DNA from: Octopus vulgaris
Taxonomy: Eukaryota
Assembly (NCBI GenBank): GCA_951406725.2
Contig: OX597821.1
Coordinates: 74,462,001-74,526,000, forward strand
DNA: 64,000 bases
Direction of reading: 5' to 3'
Below are positions 16,080 through 31,254 of the stretch, one piece after another (position 1 is the first letter of the stretch; every line of letters starts with the position of its first letter). Both the position numbers and the translations under genes were made by a program. The notes beneath the pieces are model-generated. The model saw nothing but the letters and a program-made list of their open reading frames with translations, was not told the DNA's origin and made no database searches.

Positions 16080-16209
16080 ATGTGTATAGATATGTGTATA
16101 TATATATGTATACATGTATTTATATGTTTATCTATACATGCATATATATGTATACACACACACACACATATATATATGTATGTATACATGTATATATGTG
16201 TGTGTACTT

Positions 16210-16275
16210 ATATTAGGTGTTGCTATTTAGTTAGACATGACCTAGACCAATCCTTCGTCGAAACATATCTAAGTT
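16210..16275 (+). mobile_element. CR1/L2-type LINE extreme 3' tail
   Basis: AGGTGTTGCTATTTAGTTAGACATGACCTAGACCAATC...GAAACATATCTAAGT matches 7742-7802. Confidence 0.75.
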
Positions 16276-16401
16276 ATATATACATATATGTATATATATA
16301 TGCATATATATATATATATATATCCACAAATATATCGAATTATTCCTCTAGTTATAGCTACAAAGCTATCAATCGCATTATTTGTATGTATAAATGTATG
16401 A

Positions 16402-16467
<66 letters not shown>

Positions 16468-16751
16468 TATACACACATACATATATATGATACATATATG
16501 TTTTGTTATGTATGTGTATACATATATACAAACGTATACATGTATACATAGGGATAACCTCATTTATATATGTGTGTGTTTGCGTGTTCGTATATCTGGA
16601 TGTTATTACTGTTCAAATTTCACTGTATAATCTTTTCAACGCGCTGGGAAATAACTGAAATTTATTAATTCTTGAATAAACAAAAAATAAATACTTATCT
16701 ATATATCTATCTATCTTTCTATATAATCCATCTATATATAATCATTCATAT

Positions 16752-16805
<54 letters not shown>

Positions 16806-16964
16806 TAGGAAGAAATGGAGCTGAACGAAGATTTAACAAAATTCCTTTTTATTATTTTCTACAAATGTTTCAAAGGCTGCAAAGTCCCTAATTTCTGTCG
16901 TGATTTTTGCTACCCAGGTGTCGGTTATCTTTTGAATAATCTGTAATAAGATAATTCATTTATC

Positions 16965-17033
<69 letters not shown>

Positions 17034-17800
17034 TTTATATACATATGTATACATACATATATGTGTGTGTGTGTGTATGTCTCTGCCGTATATGCGTGCA
17101 ATTATTTTTGTATTGCCTTCGGGTTTTCATCTCTTAGGCCAATGGACATATTATATATATGACTTAAACTGACCATTACTCAGACGTGTAGGCGTGTATA
17201 GAAGGACATAAGTGGGCAGTTGATGTCTTTGCGCTATCGCACGCATCTGCTCAAGGCACGCACAAACACAAACACAGACATAGACTTACACAAATACATG
17301 TCTCTGCGGCATACATATTGCCATACATGGAGACATACGCCACTGATTATGTGATATCCTGTACTTTGGAAAGGTAAAAACAAGTTTGGTCCCATGATCC
17401 AACTTCAGTATGTTGTTATATGTACATACCCAGAAGGAAATCAAATTTCAAAAATCTTCAAGTGTACATGAACGCAAAAATGCTGTCCATATATGGCTTC
17501 TGTACATATCTATATATTAAACACATACACATACTTACAAATATATATATACACATTTATAGATACATAATACACAATTTATATACATATATATTTATGT
17601 ATCTATTTTTTATATCTATATATACATATATTTGTGTGTGTATATATATATATATATTTGTATTCATATATATATATATAAATATTTGTGTGTATATAAA
17701 TATATACATAAATATATTTGTATCTATAAATCTTTCTCTCACACCGCCTATCTATATAGATACGTATAAGTATTTCTATATATCTATATCTATCTATATT

Positions 17801-17842
<42 letters not shown>

Positions 17843-18365
17843 CATATGTATATAGATAAACATATTTGTATAAATATATCTATCTCTCTCTACACACACA
17901 CATATATATATACATATACATATATGTATATATACATATGGATAGATAGGTAGATAGATAGAGAGGGATGTATGTATTTTATACATGCACGCGTTTATAT
18001 ACATATTTGTGTATATGTGCGTAGTGTATATGTTGCTGGTGCTGTGATTATTTGTATCCGCCCCTTCAATTTCATAGTCCTTTGAGAGGGGACACTCAAA
18101 CAGTTCTGCTTCTGTCTTTAGCCAATCTCTGCTAAAAATGGCGGTATACATACATAGTTATAAACATATATGTATATTAAGACAGAAACTAACAATCTCT
18201 TCCTTAATTTTGAAACAGAATTATAATCAAGCAACTTTCGAATTTACTATCAACATTTATTCAGTCGACTTTTTTTCTGATTTTGACAATACGCAAGTTT
18301 TGTGTGTTCACACACACACACTTGCATATGTAAGTGTGTGTAGCTACTTATGTATATATATATAT

Positions 18366-18421
<56 letters not shown>

Positions 18422-18648
18422 TATGTACTCGTACATATAGTTTACATATATATGTATGTCTGTATGTATATATGTGTATATTCATATGCAAATACATACA
18501 TACTCATATATATATATATTAATATGTATATGATATGTATACATTTATATATGCATATGCAAAACATATTTTAATATATGCATAATATATGTCTCATATA
18601 TATTTTTATATACTTTACATTATATTTATATATGTGTGCGTATACATG

Positions 18649-18685
<37 letters not shown>

Positions 18686-19160
18686 ATATTAGTGAAATTT
18701 ACAGCATATATATATATGTGTGTTTGTGTACGTATATATACGTACATGCACAGTATACATATACACACACACATATGTATATGCAATACACACATACATA
18801 CATACATGCATGCATGCATACATACATATATATATATAAATATGCAATCCATACACATACGCACATACACCACACATGCACGCACACACACACACACTCA
18901 TTCACTCACACGCACATAAGCTTATGTTGCAAAAATCAACTTCACCAGCCCCCCCCCCCAATTTAGCTTTCCCCCATTCGCTGGTTCAAAATCGATCTTC
19001 ACAATATATTTGATTCTAATCTCAACATAGACTCAACCTTATCTTACATTTGTAAGCCTGAAACTTGCTTAAAATAATACTTTTTTTTTTAATATATATT
19101 ATACATACATGAATCTCTCTGTAGCACACACTGTCCAATGTACAAATATTATTTAGGAAG

Positions 19161-19365
19161 CGAGGGCTGAAAAGTTCCTGGCTTTCGTTGAAATAAAATA
19201 CAAGAGGATCAGTTTATTACGACTTCATCCTTCACCGCCCAGATTCCCTCACTTATTGCAATGGTCTTTCAGTTTTACTGTCTTATTAAAGAACTCGGAA
19301 GTCTGGGCCTCCAGCCGGGCGTTTCGCGATACCCTTAAACTCAGGAACTTTTCAGCACCACCTCG
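19161..19365. mobile_element. Mariner-type MITE
   Basis: TIRs CGAGGGCTGAAAAGTTCCTG ... CAGGAACTTTTCAGCACCACCTCG. No coding capacity. Confidence 0.8.
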
Positions 19366-19533
19366 CATACATAGATAGTTAGATAGATAGATAGATAGAT
19401 ACATATATACATGCACACGTACATACATACATACGTTTATATATATGTGTGTAGGTGTGCATGTATGTATATATATACATGCATATGCATAAAAAAATAT
19501 ATTTGTATGTATTTATGTTACGTATGTATTTTG

Positions 19534-19579
<46 letters not shown>

Positions 19580-19762
19580 AATATACAAAAAGTGTGAAAT
19601 ATAATTAATTTAATAAAATTAATAAATTTCACCGGCTGCCATATCTTGCATTTTCGGTATGTGGTTTTGAGCATATACGTATGTATGTACATATATATGA
19701 GTGTGTATGCATATATCTATCATAATGGATCAAGATTCATTTTTTCCTTATAAAATTGTGTG

Positions 19763-19839
<77 letters not shown>

Positions 19840-19969
19840 TGTTATTAAATCCTCGCAACACACACTTACACACATATACACACACACACATTCTTTGTTT
19901 TTGTCCTGTACTGTCCATAAAGTTTTCCTTAATGTAAACCCTTGTGGTTAATAAAGAAATCATCATCAC

Positions 19970-20005
<36 letters not shown>

Positions 20006-20313
20006 TGTTATTATCATTATTATCATCATCATCGTTGTCATCATATATACCACTACATGTGTCGTGTGTATATATACTGGACCTAGGCCCATTCATGGCT
20101 CTTTCACTCAGTAAATATATTCTCTCTATATAACTCAGTGTTTTTCCTTCTATCTCTTCAACCCCCCCCCCCACTTTCAAAGCCTTCTTCAGACATTGAA
20201 TGGCCCCAGTCAACAAACCTACCCAAGGGTAATCGTGTTATTTTTACCGCCCTATTTTATTATTCATTTGCTTAGCGTTATTTTTATTGTCAAGAATATT
20301 ATTCCGATTATTA

Positions 20314-20377
<64 letters not shown>

Positions 20378-20635
20378 CATTATTGTTATTTCTATTGCTA
20401 TGTATCTAAATTATAATTCCTGCTTTACTGGCCACCCACCAACTGCACCACCACCCCGTACACCCACACGGCATTTCCATCGTCATCTACGTCGTTGTTA
20501 TCATTGCTGTGTACCAAGGTGTTTGCACCCTTGATATATATATATATATATATATATATATCTGTCTACCTATTTCCCTCCCTCCGTCTCTCTCTCCGCA
20601 TGACCATGTACCCTTCTACCGATAATTCCCTTATG

Positions 20636-20757
<122 letters not shown>

Positions 20758-20992
20758 CGGTTTTTAAGAAATTGTCCAGTAAGCAGCTGGGGTTTGAAGG
20801 GAAGTGCGTGTAGGGTTGCTTGCATTGTTTCGGATTAGCGACCCACAAACAAAGAGAATAATAGTTCTATATATATATATATGTGTGTGTGTTTGTGTTT
20901 TTATATACATATATATAAAAACACATCCATGTTTAAGAATGTACATATGTATATCTCACTGACATACACACATATACATACATACATATATA

Positions 20993-21059
<67 letters not shown>

Positions 21060-21074
21060 TCGTATATTCATTTA

Positions 21075-21420
21075 TTCCTTTATTCTTTAACGTGTTTCAG
21101 TCATTTGACTGCAGCCATGCTGGAGCAGCGCCTTTGGGTCGAGCAAATCGCCCCCAGGAATTGCTTTTTGTAAGCCAAGTACTTATTTAATCGGTTTCTT
21201 TCGCCGAAACGCTAGGTTACGGGGACGTAGACACACCAGCATCTGTTGTCAAGCGATGGTGGGGGCACTCACAGACACACAAAACACAAACACTCACACA
21301 CACACACAGAGACACACACACAGAGATATATACGAGGGGCTCCTTTCAGTTTCCGTCTACCACCACTCGCAAGGCGCAAGGCTTTGGTCGGCCTGAGGCT
21401 ATCCTAGCCCAAGCTGCCAA
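21075..21420 (-). mobile_element. SINE family A, head truncated
   Basis: TTTCAGTCATTTGACTGCAGCCATGCTGGAGC ... TTTCAGTTTCCGTCTACC with an internal (CA)n tract. Confidence 0.9.
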
Positions 21421-21425
21421 GCTTA

Positions 21426-21503
<78 letters not shown>

Positions 21504-21544
21504 CACACAACACACACACACACGCACACCCATGTATGTGTGTG

Positions 21545-21728
21545 TGTGCCTTTCAGTACCACTTGACAACCAGCGTTGGTTGACTACATCCCCATATCCT
21601 AGTGGATCAGCAAAGGGAGACCGTTGGAACGAGTACCAGGATTAAAAATAAATTCTGATGTCGATTTGGTCGACTGAACCGTTCAAGTCGGTGCCCCAGC
21701 GTGGCCACCATGTAACAGAATAAAATAG
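21545..21728 (+). mobile_element. SINE family A, 3' half
   Basis: CTTGACAACC...GTCGATTTGGTCGACT...CGGTGCCCCAGCGTGGCC. Confidence 0.75.
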
Positions 21729-21904
21729 CTAGATAGATAGATACATAGATGCATATATAAGTTAATACATATTTGTATTTATATATGTGAATATGTATAC
21801 ATAAATTCATATATAAACATATATATATATATATATACACATAAATATATATATATATGTATTGATATATATATATATATATATACGTACATTATATAAA
21901 CATA

Positions 21905-21942
<38 letters not shown>

Positions 21943-21975
21943 ATATATATAAATATGTGTATATAATGCATGTGT

Positions 21976-22051
<76 letters not shown>

Positions 22052-22292
22052 GTATGTATATACGACCTCGAACCCACAAGAGTAAACAAGAGAGACAGAG
22101 ACAGGCAGAAACAAGGAAAATGCCCCTTGTATTTGAATACTATGCAAATATTCTTTTATAATACATTTTATTTAATTTTACCCACATTTAATTGTTTTCC
22201 ATACCTACAATTGAAAAAGTCTCAATGACTGAAACGGGTACTGAAATGTTTTTTATAAAATTGTTTTAGCATTTTCTATCTTGACTCATTTT

Positions 22293-22427
<135 letters not shown>

Positions 22428-22967
22428 TATATATATATACATATATATGTATATATATATATATACGCACGAACAAATATTTATACACTTATGTATAAAT
22501 TTTTCATAGGTGCATACGTACCCGTATAATGTGTGTAGGGGGCGTGCGTGCAGATGTGTGCGTTTGCAAAGGAAGCGGAATACGTTTTAAGAAAAAAAAA
22601 CTAGGTAACTTTAGAGAAAGGACAAAAGATTTTTTTTTAAAAAAGAAAAAATATAACAAACAAAAAAACAACCCAAAGAAAAGCAGCAGACGTGGAAGTC
22701 ATGAAAATTTCTTTTAGCTGGTGTCAGGAAAAGAAGGCTGCTTTAACGGGGTAGAAAGAGAGTAGATTAAAAAGGGTGTGAAAGAGGCTAGCATTCGCCC
22801 AACTTCTGCATTTCATCCTGGTTCTCTATCCGATTGTATTTGTGTTTGCTTGCATCTGTGTGGACGCGCGTATACAAAGTCTGTCTGTGTGTCTGACTTG
22901 ATATTTGCCTGCTTGTTTTAGATTCTGTTGCAGACTTTCCTTTTGGTTGTATTTGTGTGTGTATCTG

Positions 22968-23009
<42 letters not shown>

Positions 23010-23109
23010 CATAAGTGTGGATTTGTCTGTTTGGGGCGTGTGTGTGTGCGTAAGTATGTGTAATGTATGCATATGTGATGCTTATTTTGCTTGTGAATAT
23101 GTATGTATG

Positions 23110-23160
<51 letters not shown>

Positions 23161-23324
23161 GAGTGTGTATGTGTGTGCGCGCGTATCCATCAAAACTACA
23201 TGTTAGTTTGACATTTCTCGTCTCTCTTCATTGGCTCAAGTCTTGCTAATGTTGATTATATACATGTATGTATGTATATATATATATATATATATATACA
23301 TGTGTGTACGTATATATTTATGCA

Positions 23325-23358
<34 letters not shown>

Positions 23359-23410
23359 TGTATATATACTTGTATGTAAATATATGTATATACACATATA
23401 TATGTATACA

Positions 23411-23529
<119 letters not shown>

Positions 23530-24073
23530 CAGATAGATAGCTATAGATACATACATACACACATACTCATACACGCAGGCACAATACCACATATATTTAT
23601 AACAACACAAAACGAAAGACACACACACACACACACATATATTTATATACACATATATACCAACACACATACATATATACATATAGGCACATAAATATAT
23701 ATATGTATGTGAATAGCTACAATCACACACACTAAACACGCTTAAACGCATCTGCACCTACTAAAAATGTTTGCCTCACTGAACTTCCTTTGTATGCACC
23801 CATTCATTTGCAATTTATACGCATGTCTACACCCAACACCTTCTTACTTGCCACCTGGATATTTCCAAGTCTACACGCCGGAAAAAAATTAATAGTCACA
23901 CATACAAACAATCATATATATCGAGGTATTACACTAATATTCTACATCACTCCTTACACTCATAGATACACATGTATACACACATGTATATGCATTTATA
24001 TATAAGTGTCTCTAGATGTATATGTATGTCACATATTCATTTATACATGTATATATTTGTGTCTCTATGTGTA

Positions 24074-24140
<67 letters not shown>

Positions 24141-24406
24141 ATATATATATATATACATTTGTATATGTATATATACGTTTGTAAATATACGTATGTATAT
24201 ATATATGTATATATATATGCGCATATAAATATGTATATATATGTACATATATATATACACACATATATATATACTTATATATATATGCATATATATATAC
24301 ATATATACATACATATACATACATACACATATATATATGTACATATATATATATATATATATATAGATAGATATAGATATATATAGATATAGATATATAT
24401 ATAGAT

Positions 24407-24453
<47 letters not shown>

Positions 24454-24509
24454 TACATATATATATACATATATATATAAGAATTATATATATATATGTA
24501 TACATGCAT

Positions 24510-24556
<47 letters not shown>

Positions 24557-24687
24557 GATATATACCTATACTTGCATATGAGTATGTTTATATGTGTGTA
24601 AACATGTGTTTGCATGTATCTTGTTTTTTCAAGTTTTAATCCGCAATTCCTACAACAGTGACTCAAAAACCGAGAGTTCAGCGTGTT

Positions 24688-24742
24688 GTGTTGATCAACT
24701 TTGATGAATGCAACGTATGAAACCGCTCGGGCATTGAATCAC
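24688..24742 (+). ncRNA. Degenerate hammerhead-ribozyme-like motif
   Basis: TTGATGA-ATGC-AAC-GTAT-GAAA-CCG-CT-CGG. The core C3 and the U of the NUH triplet are altered. Confidence 0.3.
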
Positions 24743-24844
24743 TTTCCTAACTTTCTCCTTGTGAAAAATAATTAAGAATTATGTTTACCCATGTATGGAG
24801 CAGTAAGTACCCTGCTTCTTCTAGTAGCCCCCAGACATGCATGT

Positions 24845-24923
<79 letters not shown>

Positions 24924-25627
24924 CATATCTATCTATATGTACATGCTTACGTATATTTCTATATAGTTACATGCCCACAGACATTATTATATATCGTCTT
25001 TTCAGATACTGACATAGTGCCACACATAACTCGCATGTAATACCTTGCAACTGATATCATATAGATCCACACATACACGCATATACATGATTATATGTAC
25101 GTAAATTTACACTTGACTGCTCTTTCTAGCATGTAAGGCGTCCTGTCAAGCGTCACCCCTCTGTGTATAATTCCTTATATATGAAAATATGTTGGCTATT
25201 TACACTATTTACACATCCATTTATACGTAAAATACATTCCTGTTTACATACATTCTAAGACTAATCACTCGATTCAAACGGCTTTAATGTCTTGGTGCGT
25301 TTGGTTAAGCTGATGAAGGCCAAAGCGGCGTGGCACCTCCAGGAGCTTCGTATTCCACACCTACGGCACCGAGCTCGTTGTGTCATAAATAGGGTGACGG
25401 ACAGTTTGTGCCACCGCATAATGTAACAATGCCGCCGCCGCCGAAGACGACGACAACGACAACGACTAGGGGGTTTATTTCAATAACAATAGCAGTTACA
25501 ACAACAACAACAACAACAACAACATCAAGATAAACAATAAAAAACAACAAATAATAACACCACTACCATCGATAAACCCATTACAATTATGCACAGACAG
25601 CATAGAGATTATAATGATGATGATGAT

Positions 25628-25684
<57 letters not shown>

Positions 25685-25686
<2 letters not shown>

Positions 25687-25765
25687 GGTTTCTTTTATTT
25701 GCCACAGGGGCGATGATGGGTTCTTTTATTGGCCACAAGGGCCTAAGACATGGAGGACAACTTCG
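25685..25765 (-). mobile_element. Retroelement 3' terminus (two tandem copies) with (TTA)n tail
   Basis: Minus strand reads CCTTGTGGCCAATAAAAGAACC...CCTGTGGCAAATAAAAGAAACC followed by (TTA)n. The same motif occurs at 38828-38848. Confidence 0.45.
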
Positions 25766-25817
25766 AAAGACGGGTTAGAGCACACAAAACAAAACGAAAG
25801 CAAAAAAAAAATACAAA

Positions 25818-25837
25818 TAATAATAATAACAATAGTG

Positions 25838-25898
<61 letters not shown>

Positions 25899-25918
25899 TA
25901 ATAATAATAATAATAATG

Positions 25919-25967
<49 letters not shown>

Positions 25968-26001
25968 CAATGACGATGATAGTGATGATGATAATGATGA
26001 A

Positions 26002-26092
<91 letters not shown>

Positions 26093-26111
26093 TTGATGAT
26101 GATGGTGATGG

Positions 26112-26166
<55 letters not shown>

Positions 26167-26168
26167 GA
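25818..26168. repeat. Compound (TAA)n-(TGA)n trinucleotide array
   Basis: Directly visible. Source of the poly-I/M and poly-N/D ORFs. Confidence 0.98.
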
Positions 26169-26490
26169 CTTCTATTTATCTGGAAACCGGAGCGTCCAAT
26201 ATAATGAAGGGATACCTTATAACAACAGTTTACAATTTATTGTTCGCGAAACAACAATTTCTTTATGAGCCGTAAGTGACGCACAAATAAACCCCATTGA
26301 AAATGCGCAAGAACAGAAATTACAATATCTATTATAATACACAGCTAAATAAAGGCTGATCGTAAAATATACGCACGCACACACACACACACACACAACA
26401 CACACACACACGGACAAACACACACAAATTGATAGGTACATATTTATACATATATCTATCTCTATTTATATATATATATATATGCATGTG

Positions 26491-26585
<95 letters not shown>

Positions 26586-26691
26586 GAATGTATACTTGTA
26601 TATATCATATTTGTACATATATAATACACACACATATATGTGTATATATACAGACACATATAAACATATATACACTATCATATATATATAT

Positions 26692-26734
26692 ATGGCCGCA
26701 GTCAAATGACTGAAACAAGTAAAAGAATAAAGGA

Positions 26735-26776
<42 letters not shown>

Positions 26777-26819
26777 TCCTTTATTCTTTTACTTGTTTCA
26801 GTCATTTGACTGCGGCCAT
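26692..26819. repeat. Perfect 128-bp palindrome: 44-bp SINE A tail arms around (TA)20
   Basis: 26692-26735 is the exact reverse complement of 26776-26819. Confidence 0.95.
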
Positions 26820-27200
26820 GTTGGAGCACCGTCTTTAGTCGAGCAAATCGCTCCCAGAACTTATTCTTTGTAAACCTAGTTCTTATCGTATCGGTCTGTT
26901 TTGCCGAACCGTTAAGTTGCGGGGACCAGTATCGGTTGTCAAGCGATGCTGTGGGTGGGTGGGTGGGGGAACAGACAAACAAACATATACACACATACAT
27001 ATACAGATATACATACACACACACACACATATATATACGACGGGCTTCTTCCAGTTTCCGTCTAACACATCCACTCTCAAGGGTTTGGTCGGCCCGAGGC
27101 TTCACTAGAAGACACTTGCCCAAGGTGCCACACAGTGGTACTGAATCCAGGACCATGTGGTTGGTAAGCAAGCTGCTTGCCACATAACAACTCCTGCCCC
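26776..27200 (-). mobile_element. SINE family A, full length
   Basis: tRNA-like head at about 27130-27200, CORE-like GGCACCTTGGGCAAGTGTCTT, internal microsatellite and 3' tail. Confidence 0.92.
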
Positions 27201-27280
27201 TATATATACATCCATCCATACACACACATATATATACATACATATAGATATATACATATTTATATACATGCATACATATA

Positions 27281-27332
<52 letters not shown>

Positions 27333-28329
27333 ATATTATATATGTAATAATATATTATGTTATACTATGCAATAAAAGATTTCCACGTCGGCAAGCACAC
27401 TTTTATAGAGACGCAGACATTTAGTAATTCACAGCTTGCATTAAATTTAATCTTTGCAAGGTATTTGTTGCCAAGGTGCTCAACAAATGTTTATATATAA
27501 ATTAGGAATTATTTTGGGGCGACGACATACATGCAATCTACACCGTAAAAGAACAAACCGAAGAGCTAACATTTGATACACAATGTGTGTGTTTGTGTGT
27601 GTGTGTGTGTATACCGGCATGTCTCCTAATGTGGCTGATAGGCAGCCGGGGAGGCATGAACCAGTCGAGAGCTCTTTTTCTGTTTAGTGAGGTGGGATGG
27701 GGTGGGCCTGGCTGCACACCGCCTTTAGTTTTGCAACTTCTGACGAAGCTCAAAAAGTCCATCCACAGCCTTTCGTTTCATTTATTTAAAATGTCACAAA
27801 TTTAATGGGGCGATTACAGCGTGGATCCAAACAGCAGCAGCAGCAGCCGCAGCAGCAGCAGTAGTAGTAATATTATTATTATTAGTAGTAGTAGTAGTAA
27901 TTGTGGTTGTGGTGGTGGTGTTTGGGGTGGAAATTTGGTTCAATCGTTGCAGCTATTTTTTTTTCTCTGAAAAGGGAAAGCAGAGGCAACGAAAGGAAAA
28001 AGAGAAAAAGAGAGAAAAAGAAAGAGAGAGAGAGAGAGAGGGAGAAGTGTATATGCATGTCTGCGTGCGCGCGCGTGTATGTGTGTGCGTATCAGAGCGT
28101 GTATGTGCACGTGTGTGTGTGTGTGCGTGTGTTCATTCTTTCTTTATAATGAACACCTGGTCAGTAAAAGAAATGAGAAGTGGGAGGAAGGCGTATAGAC
28201 GTAACTGCAAGCCTGCTCATACAAAAACACACACATACGCACACACACACACACATGCACACACACGCACACGCGCACGCACCTATGCTCCTTGAGAAGG
28301 CATTGATGAATCAACGAGGAAAGCATGAG

Positions 28330-28545
28330 GATCGTTGCTCGATCTGTTAGAAATAGCAGCCGAGTTTGTCTTCATTCCAAACTAAACGTCTGAACCAAAA
28401 AATGAAAAAAAAAAAAAAAAGTGTGCTGGTTGAATGATTTGATCTGGGTCCATGGTACTAGGAAAGAAGGGATCGCCACGGCTGGAATCCGTTTTGATTA
28501 TATGTTGTTCGATCAGTGTTGATGAGGGCAACAAACAACAACATG
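28330..28545 (+). repeat. Old interspersed repeat family D
   Basis: CTGTTAGAAATAGCAGCC...GGCTGGAATCC..TTGAT..TCGATCAG..CAACAAC. Related copies at 40525-40830, 52660-52790 (minus) and 39470-39530 (minus). Confidence 0.6.
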
Positions 28546-28991
28546 CATACACATACATCTGTATACACATACATCTATATACACATAGCCACACATACAT
28601 TTACGCACAGACACACACGAAACAATGATAAATCGTTGATGATCAACATGGTAAAAAGAGCAGCTAAATTTCCCTCAGAGCCCCACCACCAGCCCCGATC
28701 TACTGTCGCTAAAAAAGGCAGGTAGGTCGCAGTCGGAACGTCTCGGGGCAAAAGAAGAACATTCTGTTACACAGATATAAACCGATTGAGCTTCATAGAC
28801 GTAGGAATGTGGAAATATACACACACAGCTCCACACACATGCACCCCCCCCCACACACACACACACGCACATACATAACTTAATGTTTGTTTTATGATCC
28901 TAAACAAGACTATTATTGACAGGTCAGCTTAACTAGTCGAAACTTCGAAGTCCCTGGCAAAAAGTGTTCTTGTGTAAGAATAATAAATATA

Positions 28992-29155
28992 CAGGCGTGG
29001 TTGAGCGATAGGAAGCTTGCTTCTCAACCACATGGTTCTGAGTTCAGTCCCACAGTGTGGCACCTTGGGGAAGTGTTTGCTATTATAGCCTCGTGCCGAT
29101 CAAATCCTTGTGAGTGGATTTGGTAGACGGAAACTGAAAGAAGCCCGTCGTGTAC

Positions 29156-29229
<74 letters not shown>

Positions 29230-29432
29230 TTGTGTGTCTGTGTTTGTCCCCCCAACATCGCTTGACAACCGATGCTAGTGTGTTTGCGTCCCTGTAACTT
29301 ACCGCTTCGGCAAAAGAGACCGATAGAATAAGTACTAGGCTTACAAAGAATAAGTCCTGGGGTCGATTTGCTCGACTAAAGGCGGTGCTCCAGCATGGCC
29401 GCAGTCAAATGACTGAAACAAGTAAAAGGAAA
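28992..29432 (+). mobile_element. SINE family A, full length (reference copy)
   Basis: tRNA-like head with B box GAGTTCAGTCCC, CORE-like GGCACCTTGGGGAAGTG, internal (TA)n(TG)n and tail GGCGGTGCTCCAGCATGGCCGCAGTCAAATGACTGAAAC. Confidence 0.92.
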
Positions 29433-29442
29433 AAAAAAAAAG

Positions 29443-29489
<47 letters not shown>

Positions 29490-29504
29490 ATGTTTAGATG
29501 TGCT

Positions 29505-29708
29505 CGTGTCTGTGTTTGTCCCTCCACCATCGCTTGACAACCGCTGCTGGTGTGTTCAAGTCCTCGAAACATAGCCGTTCGACAAAATCGACCGATTGAA
29601 TTACCGATTAGGCTTACAAAGAATAAGTCCTGGTGTCGATTTCTTCGGCTAAAGGCGGTGCTCCAGCATGGCCGCAGTCAAATGACTGAAACGTGTAAAA
29701 GAGTAAAA
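29505..29708 (+). mobile_element. SINE family A, 3' half in tandem with the previous copy
   Basis: Repeats 29235-29430 with divergence. Confidence 0.9.
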
Positions 29709-30159
29709 AATACATACATACATACACAGATACTGGCATGTGGATATGCACGCATAATGATTAGACTGGGAAAATACGCATTCCTGACCACGCGTAAATG
29801 CACATACATACATAATTACATACATACATGCATACATACATACATATATATAGAAATATGGGAGACGAGGTCACATACATAACCTCTCTCTCTCTCTTAC
29901 TCTCTCTCTCTCTTACTCTCTCTCTCTCTTACTCTCTCTCTCTCTCTCTCTCTGTCCCTTTCTCTCTCGCTCTCCATTTCTCTTTCATAGAGGCAGATCA
30001 CCAGTGACAGACACATTAACAAATAATGCTGGATTGTACTGTTAGCAGGAGTAGGGGTGGCGGGAAGAGGAGCATCACTTGCTTGGGTGGCGTTCACTCG
30101 AAATAATTGAACCCAATAAAATAACTGGTATTACAGCACCGATTAATGAATGTCATAAC

Positions 30160-30502
<343 letters not shown>

Positions 30503-30724
30503 TGTGTGTAACGGACATATCTAATATACATGTCAATGAAAATAGCCTGACTCATTCAGTGATTGTCATCTTCTTACCTTTTTACTAAGGGATCCAACTT
30601 TGTTATACATGTCAATATATGATGTATACAATACATACATCAACATCTTTATCTATATCCCTCTCTATATATGTCGTTGTAGTTTGGGAGGGTAATCTAG
30701 CCATTAAAATACGCGCACTTGTTG

Positions 30725-30761
<37 letters not shown>

Positions 30762-31190
30762 TATTATTATGTATTGTTGTTGATGATAATAATAATAATA
30801 ATGTTGTTGTTATCAGTTAAATAATTAACTAATTAAGAAATTAATTGCTTCATCAATCAGTTGGTTTGTCACAGTTCCTTTCCTTGCAAATAGATTTAAC
30901 ATTCCAGAACGTCACTTCAAATACAGGAATCACACACACACACACACATGCACACACATACATACACACACACACACACACTCCAATTCACCCTTACATA
31001 CAAATATACACACGCGCATACATATATGCATAAATACTTATATATGTGTATATATATATGTGTGTACATATAGATATACACATACACACTATTAGATATG
31101 TATATACATATGCTTATATATATGTATGTGTGTATGTATGTATGTATGTATGTATATATGTATGTATGTATGTATATATGTATGTATATA

Positions 31191-31254
<64 letters not shown>

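Noticed and set aside
25310-25350. CTGATGA possible hammerhead core (also 27740 and 60949)
   Set aside because: No stem II followed by GAAA.
25589-26275. Long poly-I/M and poly-N/D ORFs
   Set aside because: They derive from the (TAA)n/(TGA)n array.
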